Source of the DNA: Phaeosaccion multiseriatum | Taxonomy: Eukaryota; Protista; Ochrophyta, other classes | NCBI GenBank assembly: GCA_965112735.1 | Contig: OZ218956.1 | Span: 2,728,001 to 2,792,000 of the forward strand | Direction of reading: 5' to 3' | DNA length: 64,000 bases | In this document: positions 1 through 12,993 of the stretch, piece after piece | Position numbering within the stretch: position 1 is the stretch's first letter | How the letters are laid out: each line of letters starts with the position of its first letter | Position numbers and translations under genes: made by a program | Notes under the pieces: generated by a model | Told to the model about the DNA's origin: nothing | The model's input: the letters and a program-made list of their open reading frames with translations, nothing else | Database searches by the model: none

Positions 1-30
1 ACACATCGACCCACCCCCTCCCCCACGTAC

Positions 31-1027
31 CGTGCGTTACCGACGTCTCCCTCGGCCGCGTCAAAGCCCGCGCTCAGCAGAATGAGCTGCGGGTTGAAGG
101 CACGTAGCGCGGGAAGCAAGCGCTGCGTAATGGCGTCTCGGAAAGCCGAGCGGCCTGTTTGCGGCCCTGCCGACGCGTCTTTCACGCTCGCCTTGCTGCG
201 TGTGCCGCTGCTCACGCCGTCCTTGGCGTGCCAAAGGGGGGCGAGAGGGACGTTGATGACGTTGTTTTCGGTGTCGTCCTGGTCGCCGCTGCCCGGGAAG
301 AACTCGTACGCCTCCTCCTGATGATGTGTGGGTGGGTGGTGTTGTGGATGTGAGCGGGGGTGTGGTTGGGGTTGATTATGGTGCACAATATGTGTGTATA
401 TATATATATATGTGTGCGTGTGTGTGCGTGCGTGTGTGTGTGTGCATGCCCTCAAAGGACCAAAGAATCACCGCCAAGGACCTTCATCCTCAACAGACCC
501 AAGTGGCAGGTGACATCTCAATGCTCCTCCTCCTCCACGCACCCACGCAACCGAACCGAACGTAACGTAACGTACCTTCTGGTAGAGGTGAACGCTGAAG
601 AAGAGCAGACTGGAGGGCTTGTTGTATGCCTTGACGCACTCCTCCGTGCCGTTACCGTGGTGCACGTCGATATCCACAATGGCGACTCGCCCCAGCTTGT
701 GCGCCTCCAGGGCGTGAAGGGCCCCGATGGTGACGTTGTTGAAGATGCAGAACCCGCAGCTCACGGCCTGGAGAGGAGAGCGGGAGGTGGGGTGGGCGCG
801 ATGGTAACATTAAAAAACATTTCAACAAAACCCCCCAAAACTCCCATTTCCAACAAAACTCACCTCCTCCAGCAAGCCGTTGGGTCCGGCGTGGTGTCCC
901 GGCGGCCGCACGCAGCAAAAGGCGTTACGATTACGCCCGTTCAGAACCCGCTCCACAGCCTCTATCACCGCCCCCGCTGCCCTCCTTGCCGCGGCCAGAC
1001 TTCATGATCGATCGATTGATTGATTGC

Positions 1028-1063
<36 letters not shown>

Positions 1064-1356
1064 ACGTTTCAAGTCGACCACGGGGCCACAGAGGCAGAGG
1101 GGTGTAGGATGAAGGGTGAAGGTGAGGGATGTGAGGGTGTAACCAGAGTACGGAGGCGAACGAATGCCACTGCGACAAGAGGGAAAGGGCCCTTCCTCCC
1201 TCCCTCAACCCCTCCCTACCTGCCTACCTGCCGGTGCTGAAGGATGTGTCGCAGTGTTCTTGAGGCTTAATGTCGCCACTCGCCTTGCGCAGCATGCTCT
1301 TTTGCACCATGGGGGTGAAGGGCACGGACATTACATTGCCTGGTGGGTGGGGAGGA

Positions 1357-1399
<43 letters not shown>

Positions 1400-4355
1400 G
1401 AAGGGGAGGGAAGCCTGCCCCACCCAACACAACCCTGCCCCAACACTACCCTACCCTACCCTTCCCTACCCCTCCCCTACCCCACTCCACCCAACCCCCA
1501 AACCTACCCACACTACTCACCCTCCTCGGTCTCGAGCTTCTTGCTGAGGTCGTTGACGAAGCGCAGATAATCCGAAGTGTGCACGCGAGCAAGAGCCTCT
1601 ACTGGGGCCCTGTCAACAGAGTCAGAAACCTCCACCTCGTATCCAAGAGGGGCGCCAGAAGCACGACCGTCCCGCAGTGCTTGCATTATCGCCTTGGGTG
1701 GGTGGGTGCGTGAGTGAGAGGGTGCGTGAGTGAGTGGGTGCGTGAGTGAGGGGGTGCGTGAGTGAGTGGGTGGGTGAGTCATTGAGTGATTGAGTTAGAG
1801 TGGGTGACTGACTGACTGGCTGACTGACTGACTCACGTCCATCCCTCCCTGACTACCTCACCTTGATGCGGTCTGGGCACTCCCAGTCCCTCGCCGACCT
1901 GGGCTGGTGCAGCAGGCACTCGTCGTGGTGCAAGATGAGGGTACGTGTGCTGGGCTCTGCCAAGTAAAAGGCCTGCAGGGGGTGGGGTGCAGTCACAGCA
2001 TGGAGGAGGATGAGGAGGGGTGGTGGTGGTGGTGGTAGTAGTTTGTAGAGTAGTAGTAGTAGCAGTAAAAAAAATGAAAGGAGGTGGTCTTTGTAAGTGC
2101 CCAAACTCTTGAACGCTGCTCTCTCGCTTTCTCGACAAGCGACCTTACATTCCCACCCCACACGTCTCACCCCTCTACCAGTACTCAAACAAACCCCACT
2201 ACTCACCTTACGCACGGCCTCCCTCTCCTTGCGATAATTGAGCATGGCTGCGTCCTTGGTGGGGTCATTCACAAGACCTTCCGCCGCCACCTGAAGCGGC
2301 GTGCGATTCTGGCGATTGCGAACCCCAGACACCGCCCCCGCCTCCAGCAGCACCCGCACCGCCCCCACACGCCCAAAGCGAGAGGCAAAGTGTAACGCCG
2401 TGTCCCCGTCTGCGTTCTTGGCGCTGAGAGATCCCCCACCCTTCCGCGCCCCCTCTGCCCCTCCCTCCGCTCCATCCCCTGCCCCCCTCCCCGCTGCCTC
2501 TGCGAGTATCTCGGTGGCCCACTCGTTGCCTGCGTAGGAGGCCCAGTGGAGGGCGGTGTTGCCGGCGGTGTCCGCAATGTCCACGAGGCCACCGTACTGC
2601 AATTGGGAATTGGAGTGCAAGATTTGTTGAGTGCGTGAGTGAGTGAGTGAGTGAGTGGGGGCGGGCGGGGGCTCGGTCCTCCCCGATAGTTCATCCGCCA
2701 ATGCCAACACCAACAGCCTGCCCCTTGTCCTCTCGCCTCTTGCCCCTCGCCCTGGCCACCCTCGCCCACCCATCCACCCCACCCACCCACCCACCCACTC
2801 ACCCACCCACTCACTCACTCACTCACCCACACATCACCACCCATTGACTTACCTTGAGGAGCTCTCTGCACAGCGTGTAGGAGGCGTCTCCGTACTTCTC
2901 CGGCGGCAGGCTCGCAGCACAAGCTAGAGGCGTAAAACCGTACCGATCCACCTCGTTGACTAATCGAAACAAATGCCCCTCCTCCTTCCTCTTCTTCGAC
3001 TTCTTCGCGCTTGTCGTATTCTTCTTCATCTCACCCTCACCCTTCTTGCCTTGTTCTTCTTGCTTCTTTCCGCCCCCCTCCTCCTCCCCTGCCCCCCCTG
3101 CCTTGTCTTCTATTTTGGGCTTGCTCGTGGAAGACGCACCCTCCTTTTCCTCCTCCTTGTCGTCTACTTTCCCTCCTGCTCCGGTGTCTTCGGGCGTTTC
3201 CGTGTCCGTGTCTGCCCCCTTGTCTTCCGCCCGCCCATCTGCGCTAACCCCCTCCTTCTCTTCCTTTGCTTCTTCCTCGCCCTTCACCTGCGTTTTCCTT
3301 CCCTCATCTCCTCCTCCTCCCTCCTCCTCAACCTTCCCCACACTTCCCTCTCCCTTCTCGCTTCCCTCTCCCCTCTCCGCTGCCTTCTCTCCTGCAGCCC
3401 CCCCCTCCTCCTCCTCCTCCTCCTCCTCCTTGTCCTCTGCCTCCTCCTCTTCCCGCTGTCTCTTCTCCGCCGCCTTTAGCGCCGCAATTGCCTCCGAAAC
3501 CTCTCCAGTAACAATGAAGTGATGAAGTGTCTTGCGTCCACCCCCCTTCCCTCCCCCCTCCCCCTCCCCCTCCCACTCATCTCCCTCCTCGCTCGTCGCA
3601 TCATCAACGCGAACATCCGTCACGTCCCTCAAGTCGGCGTCCGAATCGGAGGAGTGCCCTCGCTGCGTGTGCGTGCGTGCGTGCGTGCGTGCGGGCGAAA
3701 AGGACCAGCAACGTGTGTGCGTGTGTGTGCGCGTGTGGAGCGTTCGAAGGGGGGGGGGGGCATGGACGAGTACGATCAACAAAAAGCCCACAAGCCACCG
3801 TGGAGGCGCATATGGGGCTATTTGTCAACGTACACGCGCGCTCCCTACTTCCTCACGCAGATAGGCGCAAGCAGAAGAAACAGACAGGCAGAGGGACATG
3901 TACATGTAGACAGACACACAGACATACGGGACAACTCACTTCCCCGACACGCAACAATGGACACGACACAACACACCTCACCTGCCCTCCCGTTCGTCGT
4001 CCACCATCGCGCGCCATGGTAGGTGGCACGTTAGCTCCTCCTCCTCCTCCTCCTCCTCCCGCTCCGTCTCCGTACTTGCCCACCCCGTACACCCTGCCGC
4101 TGCCGTTGCTACTTCTGCCCCCCCCGCCGCCCGAGGAGAAGTGCTCTTCCCCTGCCTCCCGTGAGCCTCCTAAACCTCGAGCGTCGTCCTTTAGAGCCTT
4201 GAGCTCTCCGTCCCAAGGCGTGTATGGCTGTGCTGCCCCCCTCCTGCCTCCTCCTCCTCCTCCTCCCCCGAACTCCGAGTCGCCATTCACGGGACTCAGT
4301 TCATCGGGGTTGGTGATTCGCAACGAGAGACCTCTTCCTCCTCCTCCTCCTCCTC

Positions 4356-4391
<36 letters not shown>

Positions 4392-7300
4392 CTGCTCCTC
4401 TTCCTCGGCCCGCTGCGCCCCCCCCCCCGCCCCGCTGCTCTCCCTTCCCTCCTCGGCCCCCTCCCACCCTGCCACTGCCCTTTCCTCCTCTGGTCGAGGT
4501 GCTGCCCGCTCCTCCTGCCCCGGCCAACATCTCCGCCACTGCAAGCTCCTGTGGTGTGGTGCGTGTTGTGAGAGTGAGGGAGGGAGTTTAGTTTACACAC
4601 GATATTACACGGGAGGAGCGAAGAGCAAGGGGGAAAGGGCAAAGGGCGAGACGAGGAAAGTTGGGCAACGACGAAGGGGAGGGAGGGGGGGGCGTTTTCC
4701 GCACGTACCGTCTGCTTCCTTGTGCCGCACGCCGCCGGAGAGGGTGTGGGGTAGTACCTCTTCATTGCCTTACTGTGGTCTGGTAGGGCGCTGATGCTCA
4801 GCTCATGTCCGTTGCTGTCCCTGCCGCCCCCCTTGGGCCCTCGGCTACTGCCAGCTCCGGAGGTGCCTGTGCGCGCGCGTGTGTGTGTGTGTGTGTGTGT
4901 GTGACAGAGAAAGAGGGAGGAAGAGGAGAGAGCAAGAGAGAGAAAGGAGAGAGAGAACAGAGGGACATGATGTGTAGGTTGAGGGAGGGTCGACGTAGGC
5001 ACATGCAAAGACAGAGAGGTGGGGCCTTGAAAGTCGAATCCAACCACCCAACACAAGCCGACACAGTCAACCAATCCACCAATCAACCACTCACCCACCC
5101 ACCCAACACAAACAGACAAGCCGAGACAAGCCAGACAATGCAAAAACACGCCGCGTCCCTCTACCTCCTTCGCCCCTCCTTCTTCCCTCTCTCCCTCTCC
5201 TTCCTCCCTCTCTTCCTCCCCTCCTCCTTCCCTCCTCTCCCCCCCCTCCCTCCCTCACCGAAGCTTGTGCGTGGCCTCTTGGAGGGGCCGTGCTGCGGGC
5301 CGAAACTGTCCCTGCTGTTGCTGCCCCCTCCTCCTCTTCCCCCTCCTCCGTGGTGGGTAGGGCCGCCTTCGGAAGCGTTGAAGTCGTCCAAATCGGAGCC
5401 TCGCCTCTTGCGCAGCTCCACAGAAGAGATGCGCTCACTACCCTTGGATGACGTGCCTGTGCAGGAGGAAGGGGGGGATGAGGAGGGGGAAGGGGAAGGG
5501 GAGGAGGAGGAGGAGGAGGAGGGGCGGGAGGGGAGGGTCAGCATTGCCTTTTCCTCATCGCATTGGCCGAGGGCAGTGCGGCGGTGTGGGGGTTATGCTA
5601 GGGCTACGAAGCATGTGGGTGCTGAGGGGGCGGCGGAGTGGGGTCGTGAGGGGGAGCAGAATGGAGTGGAGCAGAGCAGAGCAGTTGCTGATCCATAACA
5701 GAGGCAGAGGAAGATACGACAGAGAACGGAGGCAGTTACACAAGGAACGGCCTTGAAATGGCCTTACAAGAGACAGGAGCCCATTCCCTTCCTTTTCTTC
5801 CTCCTTGCCGTTCTCTTTCCTCCCTTTATTGTTGTCTCCTTTCCTCCCTTCCCTTGCTTTCCTTCCCTCCTTTCCATTTCCTTCCTTCCCTCCCTCCCTT
5901 TCCTTACCTTTCCCTACCCTGCCCTCGCATTCCCTTCCCTCCCCATGCCTTTCCTCTCCTCCCCTCCCCTTCCTGCCCCGCCCCCTGTCTTCCATTCCTC
6001 CCGTACCTTCGTACTCTGTGCCCGCATCCGCTTCCCCGGACATTTCCTTCGCTCTCTGCACCTTTTGAAAGTACTTTTGAGCGTGCGTGCGCGTCTGCAC
6101 CACCGTCCGAGTCTTGACCATGGCAGCGACTTTCTTCCACTCCTTGCCGTACTTTTTCAGGGCCTGTTTGGGGTGGGTAAGGTTGGGTTGAGTTGGTGCG
6201 TTGGTGTGTGGTTATGGGGGTCTCACCCCCCCTCACCTTGAGAAAGAGGTCGTGTTCTGCCTTGGTCCACCTCCCTGTCTGCTCCATCCCGGGTGGGCAC
6301 ACATGGCTCTTGCCGTCCCCCGGCCCATCGTCGTCGTCATCATCATCGTCGTCCATTTCCGGGCTGGCACTTTGGTTATGCCGGGCCAAGGCGGCCGCTT
6401 GCACACGAGCTGCCATCTGTCCGAGGGTGGCATGCTCCTTCTCAAGGCCTTGCGGAGAGCGGCGGTAAGTGACGCCACCCCCCCCACCCCCACCCCCACC
6501 GCCGCTGCTCCCATCGCTGCCACCACTACTGCCGTAGCGCTGCGGTTGTCGTTGTGTGTTGTGTCAATCGAGTTCAGTTTAGTTCGGGAAGGGAGGGGAG
6601 GGGGGCTACATGGTGTGGTGCTACGCTCTGCCTAGCAAGACAAGCGACAACATGCTAAAACACAGGATACAGCCACAAAAAGGCAGGCAGGCAACACAGC
6701 ATGACTGAACAACTCACCGGTCCTCCTGGCCCTCCTCCTACTCCTCTGCCCATGGCGTATCCCTCGTGCGGCTGCCCCTCCCACCCCATGGGGTGCACAC
6801 TTCCTGCCCCTCCCATGTGGCGGCTCTTGACACCCCCCGATCCGCCCTTCATGTCACCAAGGTCAAGGTCAGCGTCGTCGCTCCCCCCGATCCCTCTGCC
6901 GCCGCCGGGGGGGTGTTGGTCATACGGTGTAGATGACGCGCCCCGAAGCTGTTGAACGAGTGGAGAGGAGGGAGGGAGGGCGAGAGGGGAGGGTTTGGTT
7001 TACGAACAGAACAATCGAACCACAAACACAACAGCAAGAGCAGTAGCAGCAGCAGCAACAACCACAACCACAACAACAGCAGCAGCAGAAGTAGCAACAA
7101 CAACAACAACAACAACTATCACCACCACCTCAAACTGCAACAAAAAATGAAGAATAAAATCCCCTAAGATCGACCACACGCACACCGCCACCGCCACACT
7201 ACGCCATCAATCAGTCATCCCCCATCGCTCAGTATCCCTCAAACCCCATCACTCACTCATCACCAACTCTGTGTCTCTTCCTCTCATCATCATCTCATCG

Positions 7301-8118
7301 CTCATCCTTGTCCTTCCTTCCTCTCACTCCTCACTACCCTCCCTCCCTCCCTCCCTCCCTCCCTCCCGCCTTATCACTCACTTGGGCGATTTGCTCGATG
7401 GCCCGCAGCGCACTAGGCGACATTCCCTCTCCGCTCCTCCCGCTCACACCCCCGCCCCCGCTCCCACCTCCTTCGAAGCGAGTAGGCTCGGAATAGCACA
7501 GCTCGTCCCGCCGGGGGAAGTAGTCGCCCCCCACTGGGTACTGCGCCCCCCCCCCCCCTGGCTGTTGTGCTGCTGGCCCCCCTGGCCCCAACGGACCGCC
7601 CCCCCCACCCGGGTAGGGTTGTTGCGTCTTGACGGAGAGCTGCTGGTGCGGCTGCCCGTGGCTGGTGCGGTATACTTGATGGCCTGTGTGTGTGTGTGAG
7701 AGAGAGAGGGGGGGGGGGGGAAGGGGAAGGGGAAGGGAGAGAAATGGGGGCAAGAGAGGTGGAAAGAGGGATGACAGACGAGAGAGGGAGGGAGTGGAGA
7801 AAGAGATTGTGAGGTAGAGAAAGAGGGGATTTGTAAATACATATACACATACACACACTCACACAACACACACGGCGAGCGTTGCTTCCTTGCTAGGTGG
7901 ATGCTGAAGGGACGGCACCGGACGGCACTACACCGTACACCACCACACCACATGCTCTCTCGCCAAGTCGACACACAAACCTCAGCAACATTCTACACCC
8001 ACACCCACCTCCTTCAGGGTCCACGGCCACCGGCCTCTGCTGCCTGCCGCCTCCGCCGCCCATCACTACCCGCCCTCCCGCTCCCACCGAGGGATGCATT
8101 CCATAGGCCGCGCCTCCG

Positions 8119-8156
<38 letters not shown>

Positions 8157-8528
8157 TGCGACTCCCCCCGTCCCCGCGGACCCATATCCGCGTGGGCCCC
8201 CTGTTGCGGGGACGGAATCAAACCCCTCCCCCCGCACTGGCCTGGGCGGTCCTCCGCCTCCTCCTGCCCCTGGCGCGGCTGGCCCACCGCCTCGCGGAGG
8301 AGGAAGCTCGTTAAGATAGCTGTAGCCCCCAACTCTTCGCTCGCCAGGCCCACCCGTAGCCACGACTACAGGCTGTGGCGGCCCCGCCCCCCCCCTGTCC
8401 CCCCTCCCGCCTCCTGCCGCTGGCGCCTCCTCTGGACCCATGTACTGTTTCCCTGTGGCGTGGAAGCGAGGAGCAAGAGACGAATCTCCTCTATCCTTCG
8501 TCCCGCTTCCGCCGCCACCCCTGTCCAT
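31..8528 (-). CDS. Myb-like (SHAQKYF/THAQKYF class) + ankyrin repeats + class II-type histone deacetylase fusion protein; 3' end lies outside the window
   Basis: 16 in-phase exons joined by GT..AG: 8528-8009, 7683-7382, 6948-6718, 6539-6237, 6163-6007, 5456-5259, 4866-4709, 4548-3982, 3662-2853, 2596-2207, 1972-1862, 1692-1521, 1339-1228, 999-864, 767-576, 317-31 (boundaries +/-2 nt). Myb: TGRWTKAEHDLFLK/ALKKYGKEWKKVAAMVKTRTVVQTRTHAQKYF. Ankyrin: GFTPLACAA, GNTALHWAS, GDTALHFAS, RTPLQVAA. HDAC motifs intact: RPPGHH, GFCIFNN, DIDVHHGNGT, SAGFDA. Confidence 0.88.
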
Positions 8529-9259
8529 GCTTTCGCCTCGGCCTCTTGCAGCTGCGGTGGCGCTCCAAGGATGTTACGGCCGGCAAAGGAGTGATCCAGC
8601 AGAAAAAAAGGGTATCTCTTCGTTACTTCACCCCCCAGCCCGCTCCCATGCGTCCTGCCTCTCCCCTTATTTCTTAGCACCCCCTCCTTCCCCACCCTCT
8701 TGCTCTCTGCCCTCCTCTCCTCGCCTCTGTGCCCAACGCGCTAGATGGGATCAAGGGAGGATTTCGAATGGATTCGCATGTACAGGGAGAAGGATCCAAG
8801 AAAGGAGAGTGAGGGCAGGCTTGAGCCGCAGCAGTTGGAGAGAGGCAGTAGCGATAGGCACTGCCCCATCGCAATGAAATCCCCTCGCTCCTCCCCTCTC
8901 CCTCAGCTTTCCCTCTTTGGATCAACAGGGGAAGATATTATGAGAAACTGCTCCCAGGGGAAGTTGGCGGAAAGAGAGAGCTATAACTTCGACACGAAGC
9001 CGACGTGTGTGTCCACAGCATGCGTATATAGAGTACAAGCGACGAGCTCCCAAACCCTCTCCCTTCTTACCGTTCAACTTCGCTCCTCAAACCTCCTCTC
9101 TCCCGCTGCTACCTCCCCTCTCGCAGTATCCGAGGCCCCCCGGGGAAATGATCCTCAAAAAACGTTCGACGCCAAAATCAACAGAGAGAACAAGGAGCAA
9201 GCCGTCCTCTCCCCCCCAAAGACCTTCAATTCATTCTAAATTAACACTTCTCTGAGCAG

Positions 9260-11310
9260 CTACAACTGCACCACCAAGCCTTCCTCCGTGGGCTTGCGCG
9301 CCCTGTCCACCTCCACCAGCGCGAGAGACTTGGACAGCTTGCTCCTGGAGCACCCCCCCTCCTCCGCCTCCTCCTCCTCAAGCTGCTGCTGCTGCTGCTG
9401 CTGCTGCCCTTGCGGCCCCAGGGTGTAGAGGCGAGGCAGGTACGCCGAGTACGCAGGCATGAAACGCCCCACGAAGGCTCGCACCTCTGCCTCGCTCATG
9501 CCGCCCTTGCCGCTGGCCCGCATGGACGCCTCGGCCTCGGCTCTCCATGTGTACACGCTGCTAATGTCGCTGACCTGATTGAGTGAGTGAGTGAGTCGGT
9601 GAGTGAGTTGTGGCCACAGGGGAGGGGAGGGGAGGGGAGGCGTAGGGGAGGAGAGAGAAGGGGTGGGAGAGGGGAGGTGAGGGAGACGGAAGGAGAGAGA
9701 CAGTATGGTCTTCCCCATACCCTACCCTACCCTACGCACCTTGACCACGAGCCAAGCCTGCACCTCGTCGTGCAGAGGGCCGTACGCTCGCAGTTCCGTG
9801 TTGACGCGCGTCAGAGCCGTACGGAGAGCCACGGATCCCTCTGACTCCGGGGGAGCTTCCTCCACCTCCTCCTCCTCCTGCTGTGCTGGGCAGGCCCCCT
9901 TTCCTCCTGCTTCTCCTGGTGCTGTATCACCAACAGTCACCCTTGCTGCCGCTGCCGCTCTATCTAGAGCATCTTCTAAGGCGACGCCGTCGAGGGCCTC
10001 AAAGCCCAGCATCCAGCCTGGTGTGGTGTATGTGTGTTTACGCGTGTGTGAGAGAGCGCGAGCAATAACAGAGAGAGAGAGAGTGAGCATCTATCTATCA
10101 GCGACACACCTCACAGATGAACTCGCCCCTAGCCAGCCTGAAGGATGAAGCAGGGGAGAGACGGGACGACCTAACGAGGGCCTTCCTTCTCCTTCAGGCC
10201 TTGCTTCTTGGGGCCCGTCCCCCCCATGCTTTTGCCTCGTTCCTTTCTCACCTTCCAAGAGGATGATGTCTAAAGGCCCCTCCACCTCTGTCCACTCCTC
10301 TTCTGTCGCTCGATCGCTATAAGCATGCGGTGCAACAACGAAGGAAAGCGAAGGGAAGGGAAACGCATTAACACACGAACGAAGGAACGAACGAAGGATG
10401 AAGGGCCCCGCCCGCACACGCTATCCATACTTACACCGCCAGCGCTTTGGGGCAGCGAGCGAGCGCCTCGGTCTCCATTATCCATTTACATCCCCCAACC
10501 CCCCACGGAGCCATCCCCTCCCCTCTCGTCCACTCCCTTTTCCCTCTACTCTTGTCGATTGCTCCTCTCCTCCCTTCTCCTCCCCGCCCCTCCCCCCCCC
10601 GTCACTCAAAACTCACTCCACTCACTCACCCCTTCCCCCCCCGGAGGTGCTTGCTATAGCGAGGCAGCTTGGCGCGCTGGCCTCCCCCCAGCCCCTGCAG
10701 GGCAGAAAGCGTCGCCATGGCGAGTGGTAAGTCATGCGTGCCGGCATTGCCCCGGCTCTGAAGGAGGGCATTCCCAGAAGAGGCGGCCGCCAGCGAGTCC
10801 TAGACAATTCGACAACAACATTAAATCGGGGTGGGGGAGGAGAGCCAGAGATAGCCGCAGAGCGCACCAATCGGAGAAAGGGTTCAGGGTACCATCTACT
10901 GCCATCTACTGCCACAGATGCAATGGGGATTGGAGATTGACAAATGATGATAGGTGTGCCTGGCTTCCCTCCTCCCCCCTTCACCGCCTACCACAGTCTT
11001 CGTGGGACTTTGGCGTCCTCGCTGTACGCATGCTCCCAGCGGCCGCCCGCTCACCCACTCTCTCACTTGTTCACTCAAGTATGGTGACTTATTCCCTCCC
11101 TCACCCACTCGCAGACAGTCCACAAAAACGAACAGGCGGGAGGGACCACCCCAACGAAGGGAAGGGGGCGCCTCTCTTACTCTACCCTCACCTGCTGGGC
11201 GCCTGCGAGAGAGAGAGAGAGAGGGGCAAAATGAGTGAATGAGCGGCAGCGACGACGCAGGGGGGGGGAGGGCCGAGCGTCAGAGCAGAGGCGGAGACAA
11301 AGACAGAGAC

Positions 11311-11357
<47 letters not shown>

Positions 11358-12719
11358 GAGACCCCATGCAAGAGGCCCATGAAGCCCTCTCCCCCACCTC
11401 CAAAAGCGAGGGAAGACGAAGACGAAGGGAAACCACAGAGGCAAGGTAAAGTCACTCCGGTTGTGCAGCAGCTCCGAAAGCTCAATACTCCTCCTCCCCG
11501 CCTCCTCCTCCTCCTCCTCCGCCGCCGCCGCCGCCGCCTCACTCACTCACTCACTCACTCACTCACTCACTCACCTGTCAGATAAAAGTCGTCCAAAGAC
11601 AAGGCGCAGCACCGCAGGCCGTGACTTTTCAGCAGCTCCGTGAGAATACCGCACAGAGTGGTCTTGCCACAGCCTTGGGGGGCACTGATGCCCACCAGGA
11701 GAGGCCGGTGGTCGCCCCCTCCTCGCTTGCCTCCAGCCCCCTCATCCTCTTCCTCTTCCTCCTGCTGCTGCTGCCGCTCTCTGAGCTCTTTGATCCAGCG
11801 AAAGACCGGCAGATGGAACCTCCGCAAGCACTCCCTCATGTCCGCACTCAAGCCACGCAGCAGCAGCGGACCATTGTCCGCACCTGCCTTGGCTTCTTTG
11901 TCTTGCGCCGCCCCCCCCTTGGAGATGAGGCCCTGGGCTGCGATGATCCAGTCTCGCTCACAGAACTCCTCGTTCTTACTATCTTCATCATCATCCTCGC
12001 ACGCATTGCCCGACTGCTCCTTCCTCGTGTCTGCCAGGCGTTGAGAGATGACATGACGCACGCACGCACGCACACACATTCGTTCCGTGAGGGACAGGCA
12101 GAAACTGGGAGGTCGGAGCAGCAGCGCCCACATACTGCCATGGACTGTATAGACTGCCTAGTCTTGTCACAGCCTGTCAGGTCAGAGTCTGCCACACACA
12201 CCCTAAACTGCCATAGCTTGCCCACTTATCTTCATCGAGTGGGCGAGTGAGGGCAAGCTCGTGGTGTGTGCGGCTCGGGTTGTCTGCAATGCTGGCTATA
12301 CCTTGAGGTTCGGCTTCTTTGTCCGTTGGTTACCAACACCCCCTCCCCCCCTCGAAACATTGTACCTTTGCAGTGGAGCTCGATCGAGGGCTTAAAAGCA
12401 AGACAAGATCAGCAATCTTCCCCACAAGCCTGTAGTTGTATAACGTACCAGCAGTGTGGGTGCTGTCGCTTTTCATCCCCGCCTCGCTGAGGGAGTGTCT
12501 TCTGCTGCTACCCATCCCTCCCCGCGCGCGTGATCCCTTGACTGCAGCACTAGCAGGACCACTGCTGCTGACCCATCCACCGCGAACAAAAGCTGCACCT
12601 GCTCTCGCAGCAGCTGCTCGATCCAAAGTCCCACTACTGCCACCTCTGTAGAAGCTACGAAGGCCAGGAAGGACTCGACTAGCACGGCTGTGTGACAGCA
12701 GCGCGGTCAGTGCGAGCAT
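9260..12719 (-). CDS. GLYK: D-glycerate 3-kinase (plant-type GLYK, P-loop kinase)
   Basis: Exons 12719-12448, 12030-11575, 11202-11192 (microexon), 10799-10630, 10316-10252, 10017-9740, 9574-9260. Motifs: LLVGISAPQGCGKTT (Walker A), SLDDFYLT, RGNAGTHDL, LPRY..GGKGDR, DIILLEGWMLGF, VYTWRAEAE, FVGRFMPAYSAYLP. An alternative ATG is at 12746. Confidence 0.9.
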
Positions 12720-12993
12720 CCTCGTGAGGAAGAAAAAATAATGCATTGATAAGAGAGAAAGAGGGCCTCAACTAGTATGGCTTGTCATCTCCCTCGCCTG
12801 CCTCTCCTAAAAGTGTCATATTGTCTTCCTCTCCTGCTGGAGGGCCAAGCACGAAGAAGGGAAGAGAGGGGGACGAGGAAGAACCAAGGCCATTTGTGAT
12901 TCCGTAGGACCAGCCTCATGCCGCCGCGAATCCGAACCACACACCTCTTTTTTCACGCCCTTCAGCCCTTTCCTTTGCCCCCGTTCTGCTAGG

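Noticed and set aside
3663-3981. Boundary between separate Myb and HDAC genes
   Set aside because: A canonical donor and acceptor in matching phase, and no stop codon in the upstream exon.
8745-9239. 164-aa + strand ORF between the HDAC fusion and GLYK
   Set aside because: No motif or exon signature; overlaps the expected promoter and 3' UTR sequence.
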